Below, piece after piece: positions 23,101 to 29,585 of a stretch of 64,000 nt of DNA (positions are counted from its first letter, which is position 1; each line of letters starts with the position of its first letter). Under the pieces are notes generated by a model. The model had not been told where the DNA came from. It searched no databases and saw only the letters and a program-made list of their open reading frames with translations. The translations under genes and the position numbers were made by a program. The stretch comes from Cenarchaeum sp. (GTDB lineage: Archaea; Thermoproteota; Nitrososphaeria; Nitrososphaerales; Nitrosopumilaceae), in NCBI GenBank assembly GCA_965212015.1, contig OZ243037.1, forward strand, positions 512,001 to 576,000, read 5' to 3'.

Positions 23101-23649
23101 GTTAGAAGAACCTACTACGAATACTCTGTCGCCGGTTGCGGAAAACGTCATGCCCACTGGAAAATATGGATTAGGTAATCCCGCAGCGATTACCGATAGT
23201 CTTACGTCGACGGCATAATCGGCATCAGATAGTTGATAGGGCGAGTCCAGGTCAAACATGTAAAGACGATCATGCTGGGTGCCAAGAAAGAACAACCTGT
23301 CGCCGCTTGTGGAAAATTCAATGTCAACCACGGAACTGTCTGCCACAGTCTCACTCACACGACCAACGGGGATTGGAAACGAACCTACAAACGCCGCGCT
23401 AGATGCATCATACGCAGGATTCGTGGAATATTCGACGATGCGGTTGGCAGACGAGTCCAAGACGAACATGCGCGTGCCGTCCTGTGAAAATTCCACATCT
23501 TCAGGGACAATGCCGCCTCCCGGCATGAAAAAGCCGACATAGTCGTAACCTCCAATATTAGTCGATATCTGCGCAAACGCGGGCACGGCCGTCACGAAAA
23601 CTGCCAAAATCAAGGATAAAGCTAGTGCATACGTCTGCATTTTCATCAT
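8143..23649 (-). CDS. Giant 5168-aa secreted surface protein/adhesin: beta-propeller, cadherin/He_PIG-like modules, second propeller, many Ig-like domains alternating with ~13 SwmB-like domains, conserved C-terminal domain
   Basis: Signal peptide (..AVPAFAQ); FSxDG blade repeats; LASDDGF modules; repeated PTN..YTVxFSE.V.GF...DI Ig units; APTVT..SV.DTDTI.L.ISE..SDF.ISG..SYT...IED.A.NPLA units. Confidence 0.93.
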   Translation of the reverse strand: MMKMQTYALALSLILAVFVTAVPAFAQISTNIGGYDYVGFFMPGGGIVPEDVEFSQDGTRMFVLDSSANRIVEYSTNPAYDASSAAFVGSFPIPVGRVSETVADSSVVDIEFSTSGDRLFFLGTQHDRLYMFDLDSPYQLSDADYAVDVRLSVIAAGLPNPYFPVGMTFSATGDRVFVVGSSNGNDPNYYVYPMRDNFDIRSIDFVALFNPISSHLSAHMHQDVAIADDYERVFVIRDNIISEYNGNENAIVSDDLRGSRTIDRDSSLSGIEFSADGTRMFITGTQHNRVYEYVENTSPPVFQNSPSVSLPEGTDLGDEPRLKFTAIDIDGGQITYRLFGAPSWMSIDTNTGQLEGIIPYNVVLCSANDRLEFNVLASDDGFTGIESDNAVLEYELVVTSSPNPSNSPSRATVDSLSIRASATTIDLSLYTTDKDDDTLTYHDAAVSPGGIISAASVDEAGILSITQNPGSTPSELTYGVCNGEDYIPLSMTLRGPDTTPSLPRFVTIPDAATIPEGTVIDSEQIDFSVSDINLDILSYRLDGAPDWLGIEIPDDLTDNVGRLSGTIQGTLPGRIPVTLQGSVPYDVVGCEGGSRSFTFDVLVSDDGFVDPANTISVQYTLTVTSQNRPDNNDPVIPTVLLYKGASTIDLNVFSSDEDGDVLTYSNPVTDFLTVENLLPNGMISVNVPHNPGSTGSMDITICDGTNIVTRTAALRLPIYEFVHSRNAANFQDDIRGIYFSDNGRNLFHVYNSDRIYETSLRLPAFDLSVLEIFTDDRFLDGTSRAIDVVFDNDGGNMFIIESDGDIHRYPLQNKFSADPIGTPVSFDIAPFFAGNPDTQPLTIRGLDFSANGDKMYVVTSKGTSPTDTVYEFTLDTNFGISSIGSTQFRNISEHVEFAQDIRISDDDRKLFIVDSSGDSQRDDTIVEYTFESNLDLSTIAFSGVYAVADQGDEPVGVVFSPNGYKMFVAETANDRINEYNIGVPFTMLSAPVITLPVEDNIISIFRGLSLPVQINFTRPLTGFTADDITLGGAVNGANPEISNFTGSGASYSFNVERGASDGTIDITIDRGVATDEFGHPNEASRLASTFIDGQPVPVINSTVTSPTNLLTISYMVEFSDSVTNFNDTGIEVSGSANGVVENFVEIDDDSYTFDVSHNSVEGVVSVFIPEGVANEFRSLNKNLASNRLNHTIDRIAPIPTLTSTSPEDTNSRTIPFTVDFGEPVTGFNHTGITVTGLADVDEDSFEAESDSVYNFDIVATADGLVSVQIPADVAQDAAENDNVASGDVARTVDTDRARAALSTEIDSPTKLAVIPYTVDFGEQVNGFVAADIDASIDDNDLTATNPVSDDGIIYTFNIAHGVNEGILTVSIPENVTTDNAGNNNTASESLAITIDRIAPTVTSASVISTGIIRLDVSETVFDRSATAADFTINGVASTPTVTSIAVSGSTITLTLSSLITDADDPVVSYTRNAGSIEDLATNPLADFANQIATNDLDTTRPVPTLTITSEPGAVTHTNSTTVSYMVEFDMDVVGFIEGDIMVEGSANNGNPETSNFVTVDDATYTFDVERDNSDGNVIVSIPENRATDMAGNQNIASSRLEITFDTLSPTAMLASTESGDTRLRTIPVNVTFSERVDDFGADDIIIVGSATAGAPTTDDNILYMFDVIATADGDVTVSIRENAARDAAGNRNAESETVAFMVDTERPSVGISTLTTSPTNSESISYTVEFREEVNDFDAGDITASIAGSTPTVTGPISTIGNTQTYMVTHNSNEGILTVSIPENVATDNAGNNNTASNILVHTIDRIAPTVTGASVSDTDTIILDISESLSESGGVASDFAISGVATNPSVSSIDITGSTITLNLDDSITDADLPLVSYTGTAGSIEDLAENPLAAFTNRAVENEIDTTGPVPTLTITSDPGSTHTNSITVSYMVTFDMDVTGFDRNDIEVEGSANNGNPEASNFVTVDGDEYTFDVERGDSDGNVIVFIPADMAIDGSGNQNVASNRLEITFDTAPPTLTLASTESGDTRLRIIPVNATFSERVDDFDTDDITIVGSATANTPTTDDNILYMFDIVATADGDVTVSIRVDAVRDVADNGNAASGTIAFAVDTERPSVEIASSTVTDLPTNLESISYTVTFRESINGFTAADITASIDGSTPTVTGPVLTIGDTQTYVVAHNSNEGMLTVSIPENVATDDAGNNNTASNILVHTIDRIAPTVIAASVLDTSTITLEISEPVSGGVPSDFTISGVATNPSVASIVITGSTITLNLDDSITDEDSPLVSYTGTAGSIEDPATNPLAAFTDRAVDNEIDTTRPAITSFGTESPDPTNSQTITYTVQFSETVTGFDATGIDVSGTSGGTAAEPTGSGTDYTFTVTRGISDGTVTVTIMEGAARDADDNLSFASSPVEITVDATPPTVTGASVSDTDTIVLTISELLSESGGAASDFAISGVATNPSVSSIDIAGSTITLDLNGLITDADNPVISYTGTAAIEDLAKNPLADFANESVTNNLDTTRPSVTDFTTTSSNPTNSQTITYTVQFSESVTGFSAAGIDVTGTSGGTANEPTGAGRDYEFTVTRGISDGTVTVTIMEGAARDADDNLSFASSPVEIVIDATPPTVTGAEVLNPNIIRLDLSEPISDNNAVASDFAIAGAASNPAVSSIAVSGSSIELSLTPSLTDADNPTVSYTRTTGGIEDPATNRLADFAGFTVTNDIDTTDPVPTLSTEIDSPTNLAVIPYMVEFTEAVSGFDGNGIDASIDGASLTASEPVTDDDTTYTFTVTHNVNEGELQVSIRAGAATDMDSNTSTASNTISHTIDRIAPTVTGASVSDTDTIILDISELLSESESVGVTSDFTISGVATNPSVASIVITGSTITLDLNSLITDADNPVISYTGTAGSIEDLAENPLAAFTDRTVENEIDTTGPVPTLTITSDPGATHTNGPEVSYRVEFDMDVDGFDMDDIEVSGSADGGNPEVTTFVTVSGSIYTFDVERDSSDGNVMVFIPADRATDRSGNQNVASDRLEIIFDTISPTLTLASAESGDTRLRTIPFNVTFSEEVGGFDRNDIIIEGSATANTPTTSDDIFYEFDLVATSDGPVTVSIRENAARDMADNGNAESETIALTVDTERPTVEITSLTVDDLPTNLESISYTVAFNEQVNDFVAGDISASIDGSPLTASSPVPGADNTYTFDVTHGTNEGELVVSIPENVTTDNAGNNNTASNELVHTVDRIAPTVVSASVSDTDTIILGISESVSGGIAFDFAISGVNSGPEVDSIAVSGSTITLNLDDSITDADLPLLSYTGTTGSIEDPATNPLANFANQAVMNNLDTTRPTVTSFTTTSSNPTNSQTITYAVQFSESVTGFSAAGIGVTGTSGGTAAEPTGTGRDYEFVVTRGASDGIVTVTILEGAARDVDNNLSFASSPVEIVIDATPPTVTGATVSDTDTIILEISEPVSGGAASDFTINGVASGPSVASIDITGSTVTLDLNDLITDADNPAVSYTGTVDIEDAAENPLADFANESVTNNLDTTRPTVTSFTTTSSNPTNSQTITYAVQFSEPVTRFNSTGISITGTSGGTAAEPTGTGRDYEFVVTRGASDGTVTVTILEGAARDVDNNLSFASSPVEIMTDATPPTVTGATVSDTDTIILDISEPVSDDSATASDFVISNVATNPAVSSITVSGSTVTLDLNRLITDADVPLVSYTRTAGSINDTAKNPLADFANEPATNDIDTTRPSVTAFTTTSSNPTNSQTITYAVQFSEPVTRFNSTGISVTGTSGGTAAEPTGGGINYEFVVTRGASDGTVTVTILEGAARDVDDNLSFASTPLEIVIDATPPTVTGAEVVNPNIIRLDLSEPVSDINAVASDFAISSAASNPAVSSIAVSGSSIELSLSQPLTDADNPIVAYTRTAGGIEDPATNRLADFANQAATNDIDTTAPVPTLSTDIDSPTNLAVIPYMVVFTEDVSGFDRSGIDASIDGATLTASNPVTNDDITYTFTVTHNVDEGELRVSIRAGAATDMDSNTNTASNTISRMIDRIAPTVTGATASDTDTIILEISEPVSGGAASDFTISGVATNPSVSSIGITGNTITLDLNGLITDADSPLISYTGTIDIEDAAENRLADFANQMAENDLDTTRPVPTLTITSEPGAVTHTNSPTVSYMVEFDMDVVGFTEGDIMVEGSANNGNPETSNFVTVDDATYTFDVERDGSDGNVIVSIPENRATDMAGNQNVASDRLEITFDTVSPTLMFASTESGDTKLRTIPFTVRFDEVVRGFDRNDIIIEGAATARQPTTSDEILYEFDLVATSDGPVTVSIRENAARDMANNGNAASGMITLTVDTGRVRADLSTDIDSPTNLATIPYTVDFGESVSGFDGNDIRVLIDGTPLTAPEPVPGAGDTYTFGVTHGVLEGELMVSILENSVMDGAENTNDASDTLVHTLDRIAPTVTDATVLDTDTIILTISELLSESGGAASDFAITGVATNPAVSSIDIAGSTITLNLDDSITDADNPVISYTGTAAIEDLAENPLADFAGQTATNDLDTTPPEPTLSTTASLVTSAVRLPFMVVFDMDVRGFDEDDIVLGGTASARIDAFEGTGASYTFDVNRRSSGGTITVSIPANIAQDFAGNNNTASNTITITIDTDRPLPIITANATSFTNGPAILYTVVFDMQVNGFNATGINVGGTANGRNPEASGFEAVNSTAYTFEVVRGSSDGTVRVQIPGNVATDAAGNPNAASIPVTITFDTVAPAATGGRVTGTSVIRLAMSEPVSDDSAAASDFTISGVASGPAVSSISVSGSRMNLFLDGIIEESDLPTVSYVQTSGNINDRATNPLADFADLAVTNDGFSDRTGDPGWRTKPTFGSSHITGDPIVSCGYSIDGRCTDVLDYHVNYTRQTIQTNSTHDFALKTYAQRGVKQFELAFGVPDIGAPINNAEAVITIDLVRNYTEPSTHSIDKISYANKNNVIGQNATFAVSQVRCLPADPELDCIRLDITGVLFREEMYHVPFAIHATDYKLRGTINYLNEGILVQGETLNELPVVTRSTKSASQSEPLVIQLTRTDKLSDVWTDQFGDTWTKNEWDTWRYVDRPTPSMVSSCRDIENRLCDAFSEKLDWHTTNMERLRDALYGKIYTEPAFDELNETIIVFGADATRSQVP
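11220..19160. repeat. Hierarchical coding tandem repeats (~600-bp Ig+SwmB unit nested in ~3.1-3.7 kb higher-order units)
   Basis: GCCGCCGGAGGTTCCC recurs at ~12290, 12900, 13500 and at ~15950, 16557. Higher-order unit boundaries lie near 17930, 14870 and 11220. Confidence 0.85.
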
Positions 23650-23684
23650 TGTACAAATTTGTCACCCCCCCCCCCCTATTTTAG
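23650..23684 (-). promoter_or_regulatory. Putative promoter with a G12 homopolymer between TATA-like box and ATG
   Basis: Plus strand has C12 at 23665-23676. Minus strand reads CTAAAATA-G12-TGACAAATTTGTACA-ATG. Confidence 0.6.
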
Positions 23685-23877
23685 ATGATTGGATCAATAT
23701 TACGATCAGCATGCTGAATTTGATCGGCTCTGCCGTATAATGGCGGGCCGGATGCGAATCTGCCGGATCGCACCGGCAGGCGGCGCCCACGTCGATGCCG
23801 GATTACACGATCATGTGACGCGCAGCGCAATATCCGCACCCGCGGTAAAAATCGCAAGACGGCCGGCACGGACAGGC

Positions 23878-24678
23878 CTATTTTGCGGGCCTTGTTTTTG
23901 TTCCAAAGAACGCCTTGCGCGCCGTACACAGGTATGTCGTGTGGCCCACGCCCAGAAACGAGTGGCGGGTCTTTCCCTCCCTGGCGTCAATAGTCCGGAG
24001 TATCTGCTCGGCGCACTCTATGTCGGTAAACTCGTTTTGCACCAGCGCAGCTGTGAGCTTTTCAAGCTGGTTCATGGTAGGGCATATCGCCACTATTGCC
24101 CCGCTTCCCTTTAACATCTTTCTTGCCTGCGGCACCACGGTCCACGGGTCGCCCAGATCAACTATTACGGCATCGGCATCCTCCACCGGCATCTTTCGCG
24201 CCTTTTTGATGTCCGTCTTGTTCATGGTGACGTATTTTTCCATCCCGGCCTTTGCAATGTTTTTTTGCGCAATCTCCATGAACTTGGAGTCGACATCAAA
24301 CGTGTGCACGTGTCCGCGCGGCTTTACTATCCCGGCGACAAAGGTGGTAAGCGAGCCGCTGCCGGTGCCAATCTCCACTATCTTGTGGCCGTCCCGGATT
24401 CCGGTGCGCGCCACAATATATCCGAGATCCTTGGGGTATACGATCTGCGTGCCGTGCCGGATCTTCATTATAAAGTCGTACGCAGTGGGCTTTAGCAGAT
24501 AGACGTACTTTTCCTTGTTGGTGATCAGCCTTTCGCCGAACTGCTTGCCTATCGCATCGGCATGGCTTATTACTCCGATGTGGGTGTGAAGCTGGTCGGC
24601 CTTTGAGACCTTTACCAGCCATTTCTTGGTAGAGTTGTAAAAAAATAGCACGTACGAGTTGTTTTTTATCTTTTCCAC
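23878..24678 (-). CDS. trmI: tRNA (adenine-N1)-methyltransferase TrmI/GCD14 family
   Basis: TQIVYPKD, EIGTGSGSLT (SAM binding), DLGDPW and HTTYL motifs. Likely GTG start at 24678. Confidence 0.93.
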   Translation of the reverse strand: MEKIKNNSYVLFFYNSTKKWLVKVSKADQLHTHIGVISHADAIGKQFGERLITNKEKYVYLLKPTAYDFIMKIRHGTQIVYPKDLGYIVARTGIRDGHKIVEIGTGSGSLTTFVAGIVKPRGHVHTFDVDSKFMEIAQKNIAKAGMEKYVTMNKTDIKKARKMPVEDADAVIVDLGDPWTVVPQARKMLKGSGAIVAICPTMNQLEKLTAALVQNEFTDIECAEQILRTIDAREGKTRHSFLGVGHTTYLCTARKAFFGTKTRPAK

Positions 24679-25123
24679 GCGCAATCCCCCACCATGATCA
24701 GATAATAACGTATTTGTTTTTGCAAAATCGCGCCACGTGCCTAAATCCGCCGGAGATTCCGGTTGTACGGGGGACAGACCTGTTATCTGTATTTGCACCC
24801 CAAAAGACGGTCAATGGAAACTTGTCAAAACGACCGAATTCTCCACAGGCCATCTGGCCAAAACCGACCCGGGCATGGCACACGCTCAGCAGGTGTGGCC
24901 GGATTGCATGCCGGCATTCAACGGATGGCCGTCATACGGCGGATTCCACATACGGCGATGGGCCCGCACACTGTGCGAGACAAGGCACCCGATGTTACTA
25001 GACGGCAGACGCCGTACGTGTCAGAACGGATGTATGGGCGTATGATTTGGCATGCAAATGCATGTCAGGCGCGTCAGATAATCCGCCTGATTCCGTGTGT
25101 ATTGTTCGCCATCATGCTGTGAG

Positions 25124-28100
25124 TTAGGCAATTCCCAGCCATCTCATCAGTCCCGTAAACCAGTCAACGGGCTCCTCCACGGGCTCGCATGTGCCGTCAA
25201 TGCTACGCATTCCGGGGTCGCATACGGACTCTGGCTTGGGATCCATCTCTACGGCAGCTGTTGTGTTTGAATCAGTCTCTGGCTCTGAATCCGTCTCTGT
25301 TGGTTCGGTGTCCTGTTTTACTGCCGGTTCGGAATCCACCTCTGGTTTTACGGGCTCTGATTCTATAGGCTCTTCAATTTCCGGAATCGCCTCGCATACG
25401 CCGTCAATGCCGCGCATTCCGGGGCCGCATGCAGGCTCTGCAACGGACTCGGTATTCTCAAAGTAGGGCTCAGTTGGTGGTATGATCTCTGCGGAGCCGA
25501 GATCATGCGGCGTGATTTCATATCCGGAGCACGAGGTGACATTGATGCTCTGGCCGGCATATGTCCACGTGTCCTTTATGGATGCAGAAACTTTGATCGT
25601 CTTTTCGTCTGTCGGAATGCCGGCGGCCTCAAACACCCCGAACATCCTTCCCCCGGACTCTGCCACGTATCTTGAGATGTGATCCGAGGTGACATCGTCT
25701 GCCGTCGTAATACGGCCGCCTGCCATAATGTCGACATTCATCTGCGTGCTGGAATATCCGGACGACGTAACTGCCCTGATCTTTCCCGTCTCGCCGCACA
25801 GGTCATAGATTGTGAGGTGTAGTGCCAGTATGTGCGGGAGTATGCCGCCGGATGTGTCTCCGAACCGGTTGTCCCGTATGATGGACTGTAGTACATCCGC
25901 GTTTATGCGACTTCCGCCGCCGCCTCCGCCACCGCCGCCTCCACCGGATGTTCTCGGGGTGTCGGATCCCTCGTCGGGAATAGTGGAATCGTCATCGGGT
26001 GCAATTGGGCCCGATCCGGAGACAGTCGCATTCAGGTTCAGCATTAGATTGGCAGAATCAGAGCCGTCACACACCGTATATGACAGCGTGTCAAACCCCG
26101 CAGCACCGGTCGCAGTGACATCCAGTATGCCGGTGGCAGAATCCAGCGCATTTACCGCAAACAGGCTGCTGTTTAGTGCAGACGGGCTGCCGTATGTCAA
26201 AAGGTCCATGTCGGCATCCGTGGTGTATCCGGAGAGATCAATGGCATCCGCATCTATGGCAAAATCCACATGACCCGTGGCATTGGTGACAGGCGGCGCA
26301 TTGCCGGCCCTCGGGGTGTTCGTTATGGTAATGGCATAGTTGCGCGATGCGTCATCCGTGCTGTCACCGTCAAAATCGTCATCAGATGCAAGCACGGTAA
26401 AGTCCACCGAACCGTCATCAGAACACCTTGCAGGCGTGTCCGTATCCCTGAAATCAGGCGAGTTGTCCTGTGGTACTGTTCCCTGCAGTATGCCCGTAAC
26501 GGCGTCTATGCCCAGCCAGGCTGGATGATTAGAGATGCCGTATGTCGGCGTCGTGCCGTCGGGATCGGTTGCGGTAAACGCCGGCAGAGCAGAGACGTCG
26601 CCGTCCTCTGCGGCCATCAGCGTAGCAGCGTCGGCAAGGACCGGCGCCGTGTCGGTAGGCGGCGGGTCTACAGGCGGCGTCGAGGCAACAAACATGACGG
26701 TATAGATACTGGATGCCTCGTTGCCGTTCTGGCCTGCATCCTCGACCAGACCCGCCGGAATGCTCACCATTATGGTGCCGTCCGAACCGTTACGGGACAC
26801 TATAAAGTCAAAGGTGGTGCCCTCCGTGCCTGTCCGAACCAGACCGGATGCCGTGTGAGTGCCGGCGCTTGCGGTGCTTGCCACGCTAATGTCATCTGTC
26901 TCAAACTGCATGTCCGGTATTTGCTCACTGAATGTGGCCGTGAACGATACGGCGTCCGATTCAGTCGCTGTGCCGTTTGTCACATTTCCGGTGATTCCCA
27001 CCGTGGGCGCAGTATTGTCAGGTATGCTAAACCGGAGTATGTCATTTGATATCTCGTCAACCATAAACAGGTGTCTGCCGTTGCCGGCAAGCGCCAAGTC
27101 GCGCAAGCTGACGCCGGGGTTGGGGATTGTCTGGCTTTTGCCGCTGTATTCCACCATGCCGGCAAGGGAGAACGGGACTGGCAGAGTGTGCTCGTATATC
27201 TGGTTATTATCCCCCACAACAAGCATGCCCGTTCCGCCTGGGAGAAATTCCACATCAGTAGGTGCACCGGGATTGGTACCGAGCGGATACGTGCCGCTGC
27301 ACGATATGCCCTCAAGGGAGAACGGGACGGGCAGAGTGCACTCGTTGACGCGGTTATTGACGTTAGTTAAGCCTGTCACAAAGAACAACTTTGTGCCGTC
27401 CGACGAGATGGTAAACCCAAGTGGGGATGCCTCAGATACGGTTCCGGGCAACCTGTGATGGCGCACAAACACGGGCGATGATGTGTCGTATGGCGAATCC
27501 AGATTATATTCCAGAAAACTGTTAAACTCGTCTGCCAGGATCATGCTGCGTCCGTCGTTTGAGAATTCAATGTCCACCAGGTCGATGCTGTCATTCGTAA
27601 AGTCCGAATCCTGTACATACGTGGTCATTGAACCGAGCATGATGTCTCCGTTGGGACTGGCCGTCGTGTTTGCAAAATCAAACGGCACGCCAGTCAGATA
27701 CTGGGTGATGGTACTGGCATCATTTTCCACGAGGAACAACTGCAGTCCGTCACTTGAGAATGCCATGCCCGACGGGCTGTCATTAGCAGTCCGCTCGAGG
27801 GTGCCGTCAAATTCAAGCTCACCGATTACTAGCGGATCGATGGCGTTGGCAATCCTGAATGTCAGGGGCTCGGTGTCTGTCTGTCCTCCGGCGGTGACAG
27901 TGGCGTTAAAGACGAACGTTCCGGCGGCATCCGGGGTCCACGTAAACGCGCCGGAGGGCGTTATTGTGGCACCCGACGGCGCACCGTCAAGGTTGAATGT
28001 TGCAGTGACGTCGTTTACAGTTCGGAATTGCAGCTGGATCTGCCCGTCAACTGTATACTGTGGAAGTATTGTTGGCAGGATGATTATGGGCAGAGCTGCA

Positions 28101-29554
28101 TAGTCATACGTATACGTGTTGGAAGGTGCCGTGTTGGTGTTTCCCTGCGGGTCATCGAACGCACCGGCGGCAATGCTCACGTCTATGGCCAGATCCTCTT
28201 CGCTGTGGTCTATCTGAAAGGTGTATCTAATGTCGGACGCCTTTACGATATTAATTGCCGTGTGGGTCGCAGTACCCATCGCGGTAATATCACTTGTCGT
28301 GAACGTACTTGCGTCTATGGGCTCGCTGAATGTCGCGTTAAAAGCGACCATATTCGAGATCGTAGTCTCGCCTGCCACCACGTCGGTGCTGGAGATTGTA
28401 ACGGTGGGGGGGCGGGTATCCCGTGTGGTAAAAGAGGAGGCAAAGGAAATGGCTTCCAAATTGCCGGCACTGTCCGCCGTACTTGTCGCCACACCTTCGG
28501 CAATCGATACCATCAGGGTACCAATGGAGGATCCCACATGGACATCAAACCTGTACAGGGCATCGTTGATCGTCCTAAAGTTCGTTATCCCGGGATTGGT
28601 GCCGTTTGCGGAACCCGTCAAGGTAATGTCGCCTTCAACAAATCCCGTCACATCCTCGCTGAATCGGACGGTAAATTCTATGACCGGCTCGGATGTGAAA
28701 GAGTTGTTTGGCAGAAAGCCGTTGATATCGGCGGTGATTGTCGCTATGACGGGCAGGGTAAAGGCGGTGGAGAGCGAATACTGGTAGACTAGGTCGTCAG
28801 TGCTAGTGATAAGATACATGACGGTGCCGTCAGATGAAAAGTCCATTCCACGGCCATTAGTATTAGGTAGGGGAAAAGTGTCAACGGGTGTCACACTGGT
28901 ACCGTTCAGGCTATAGGCCGGACTAAGGGCGTACTGGTTAACCCTAACGCCGTCCATTACAAACAGCCTTGTGCCGTCATTGGAGATTGACACGCTATGA
29001 GTAGTAACTAGGTCTGTGTCAAAGATGCCGTGGAGGGCGCTGACGGAACTATCCGTTATGTCAAAGGGGGTTGAGAGCTGGTATGATCGGACAGTGTCAC
29101 CCCCTCCAATAAACAACCACGAGCCGTCAGCAGAGAATGCAACCCCCTGACCGCCGGTGACGCAGCAGCTGGAAGGGGCGAGTCTATTGCCAATTGAACC
29201 GTCCGGATCGACTTGTACCGATACAAATTCGCCGCCGCGCGCATTATGCAGAACATACAAAGTATTGCCGTCATTGGAGACTGTCACATCCTGAATAGAG
29301 TGTCCTACCGAACCGGGAAATTCATGGTTGATTCCGGCCTCGGTGATACTGGTTATGTCAAAAGCGGTACCGAGCGTGTATCGGTAAACATTATTGGTTT
29401 CAATAACATACATTGTCCCGCCGTCGTTGGACATGGCCAACCCCACAGGCACATTTAGAGGATCGACATCATAAGTTAACTGCGCATATGCCGAGACTGG
29501 GATCAAAACCAACAATGGCAATAGGAAGGCCGCTACCAGCATGCTCTTTTGCAT
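25124..29554 (-). CDS. 1476-aa secreted surface protein: two beta-propellers, Ig-like and cadherin-like domains, poly-Gly linker, two CxPG..IDGxC motifs, amphipathic C-terminal tail
   Basis: Signal peptide (..VSAYAQ); FSxDG/SNDG blades; VLASDDDF module shared with the 5168-aa protein; TSG(11)S linker; ends DWFTGLMRWLGIA. Confidence 0.9.
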   Translation of the reverse strand: MQKSMLVAAFLLPLLVLIPVSAYAQLTYDVDPLNVPVGLAMSNDGGTMYVIETNNVYRYTLGTAFDITSITEAGINHEFPGSVGHSIQDVTVSNDGNTLYVLHNARGGEFVSVQVDPDGSIGNRLAPSSCCVTGGQGVAFSADGSWLFIGGGDTVRSYQLSTPFDITDSSVSALHGIFDTDLVTTHSVSISNDGTRLFVMDGVRVNQYALSPAYSLNGTSVTPVDTFPLPNTNGRGMDFSSDGTVMYLITSTDDLVYQYSLSTAFTLPVIATITADINGFLPNNSFTSEPVIEFTVRFSEDVTGFVEGDITLTGSANGTNPGITNFRTINDALYRFDVHVGSSIGTLMVSIAEGVATSTADSAGNLEAISFASSFTTRDTRPPTVTISSTDVVAGETTISNMVAFNATFSEPIDASTFTTSDITAMGTATHTAINIVKASDIRYTFQIDHSEEDLAIDVSIAAGAFDDPQGNTNTAPSNTYTYDYAALPIIILPTILPQYTVDGQIQLQFRTVNDVTATFNLDGAPSGATITPSGAFTWTPDAAGTFVFNATVTAGGQTDTEPLTFRIANAIDPLVIGELEFDGTLERTANDSPSGMAFSSDGLQLFLVENDASTITQYLTGVPFDFANTTASPNGDIMLGSMTTYVQDSDFTNDSIDLVDIEFSNDGRSMILADEFNSFLEYNLDSPYDTSSPVFVRHHRLPGTVSEASPLGFTISSDGTKLFFVTGLTNVNNRVNECTLPVPFSLEGISCSGTYPLGTNPGAPTDVEFLPGGTGMLVVGDNNQIYEHTLPVPFSLAGMVEYSGKSQTIPNPGVSLRDLALAGNGRHLFMVDEISNDILRFSIPDNTAPTVGITGNVTNGTATESDAVSFTATFSEQIPDMQFETDDISVASTASAGTHTASGLVRTGTEGTTFDFIVSRNGSDGTIMVSIPAGLVEDAGQNGNEASSIYTVMFVASTPPVDPPPTDTAPVLADAATLMAAEDGDVSALPAFTATDPDGTTPTYGISNHPAWLGIDAVTGILQGTVPQDNSPDFRDTDTPARCSDDGSVDFTVLASDDDFDGDSTDDASRNYAITITNTPRAGNAPPVTNATGHVDFAIDADAIDLSGYTTDADMDLLTYGSPSALNSSLFAVNALDSATGILDVTATGAAGFDTLSYTVCDGSDSANLMLNLNATVSGSGPIAPDDDSTIPDEGSDTPRTSGGGGGGGGGGGSRINADVLQSIIRDNRFGDTSGGILPHILALHLTIYDLCGETGKIRAVTSSGYSSTQMNVDIMAGGRITTADDVTSDHISRYVAESGGRMFGVFEAAGIPTDEKTIKVSASIKDTWTYAGQSINVTSCSGYEITPHDLGSAEIIPPTEPYFENTESVAEPACGPGMRGIDGVCEAIPEIEEPIESEPVKPEVDSEPAVKQDTEPTETDSEPETDSNTTAAVEMDPKPESVCDPGMRSIDGTCEPVEEPVDWFTGLMRWLGIA

Positions 29555-29585
29555 ATACCTCCCATCCCCCCGATTGCTTATAAAA

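Noticed and set aside
24800-25120. ncRNA or a third copy of the 31017/41677 repeat in the trmI intergenic region
   Set aside because: Only short partial matches, with no recognisable tRNA or ncRNA structure.
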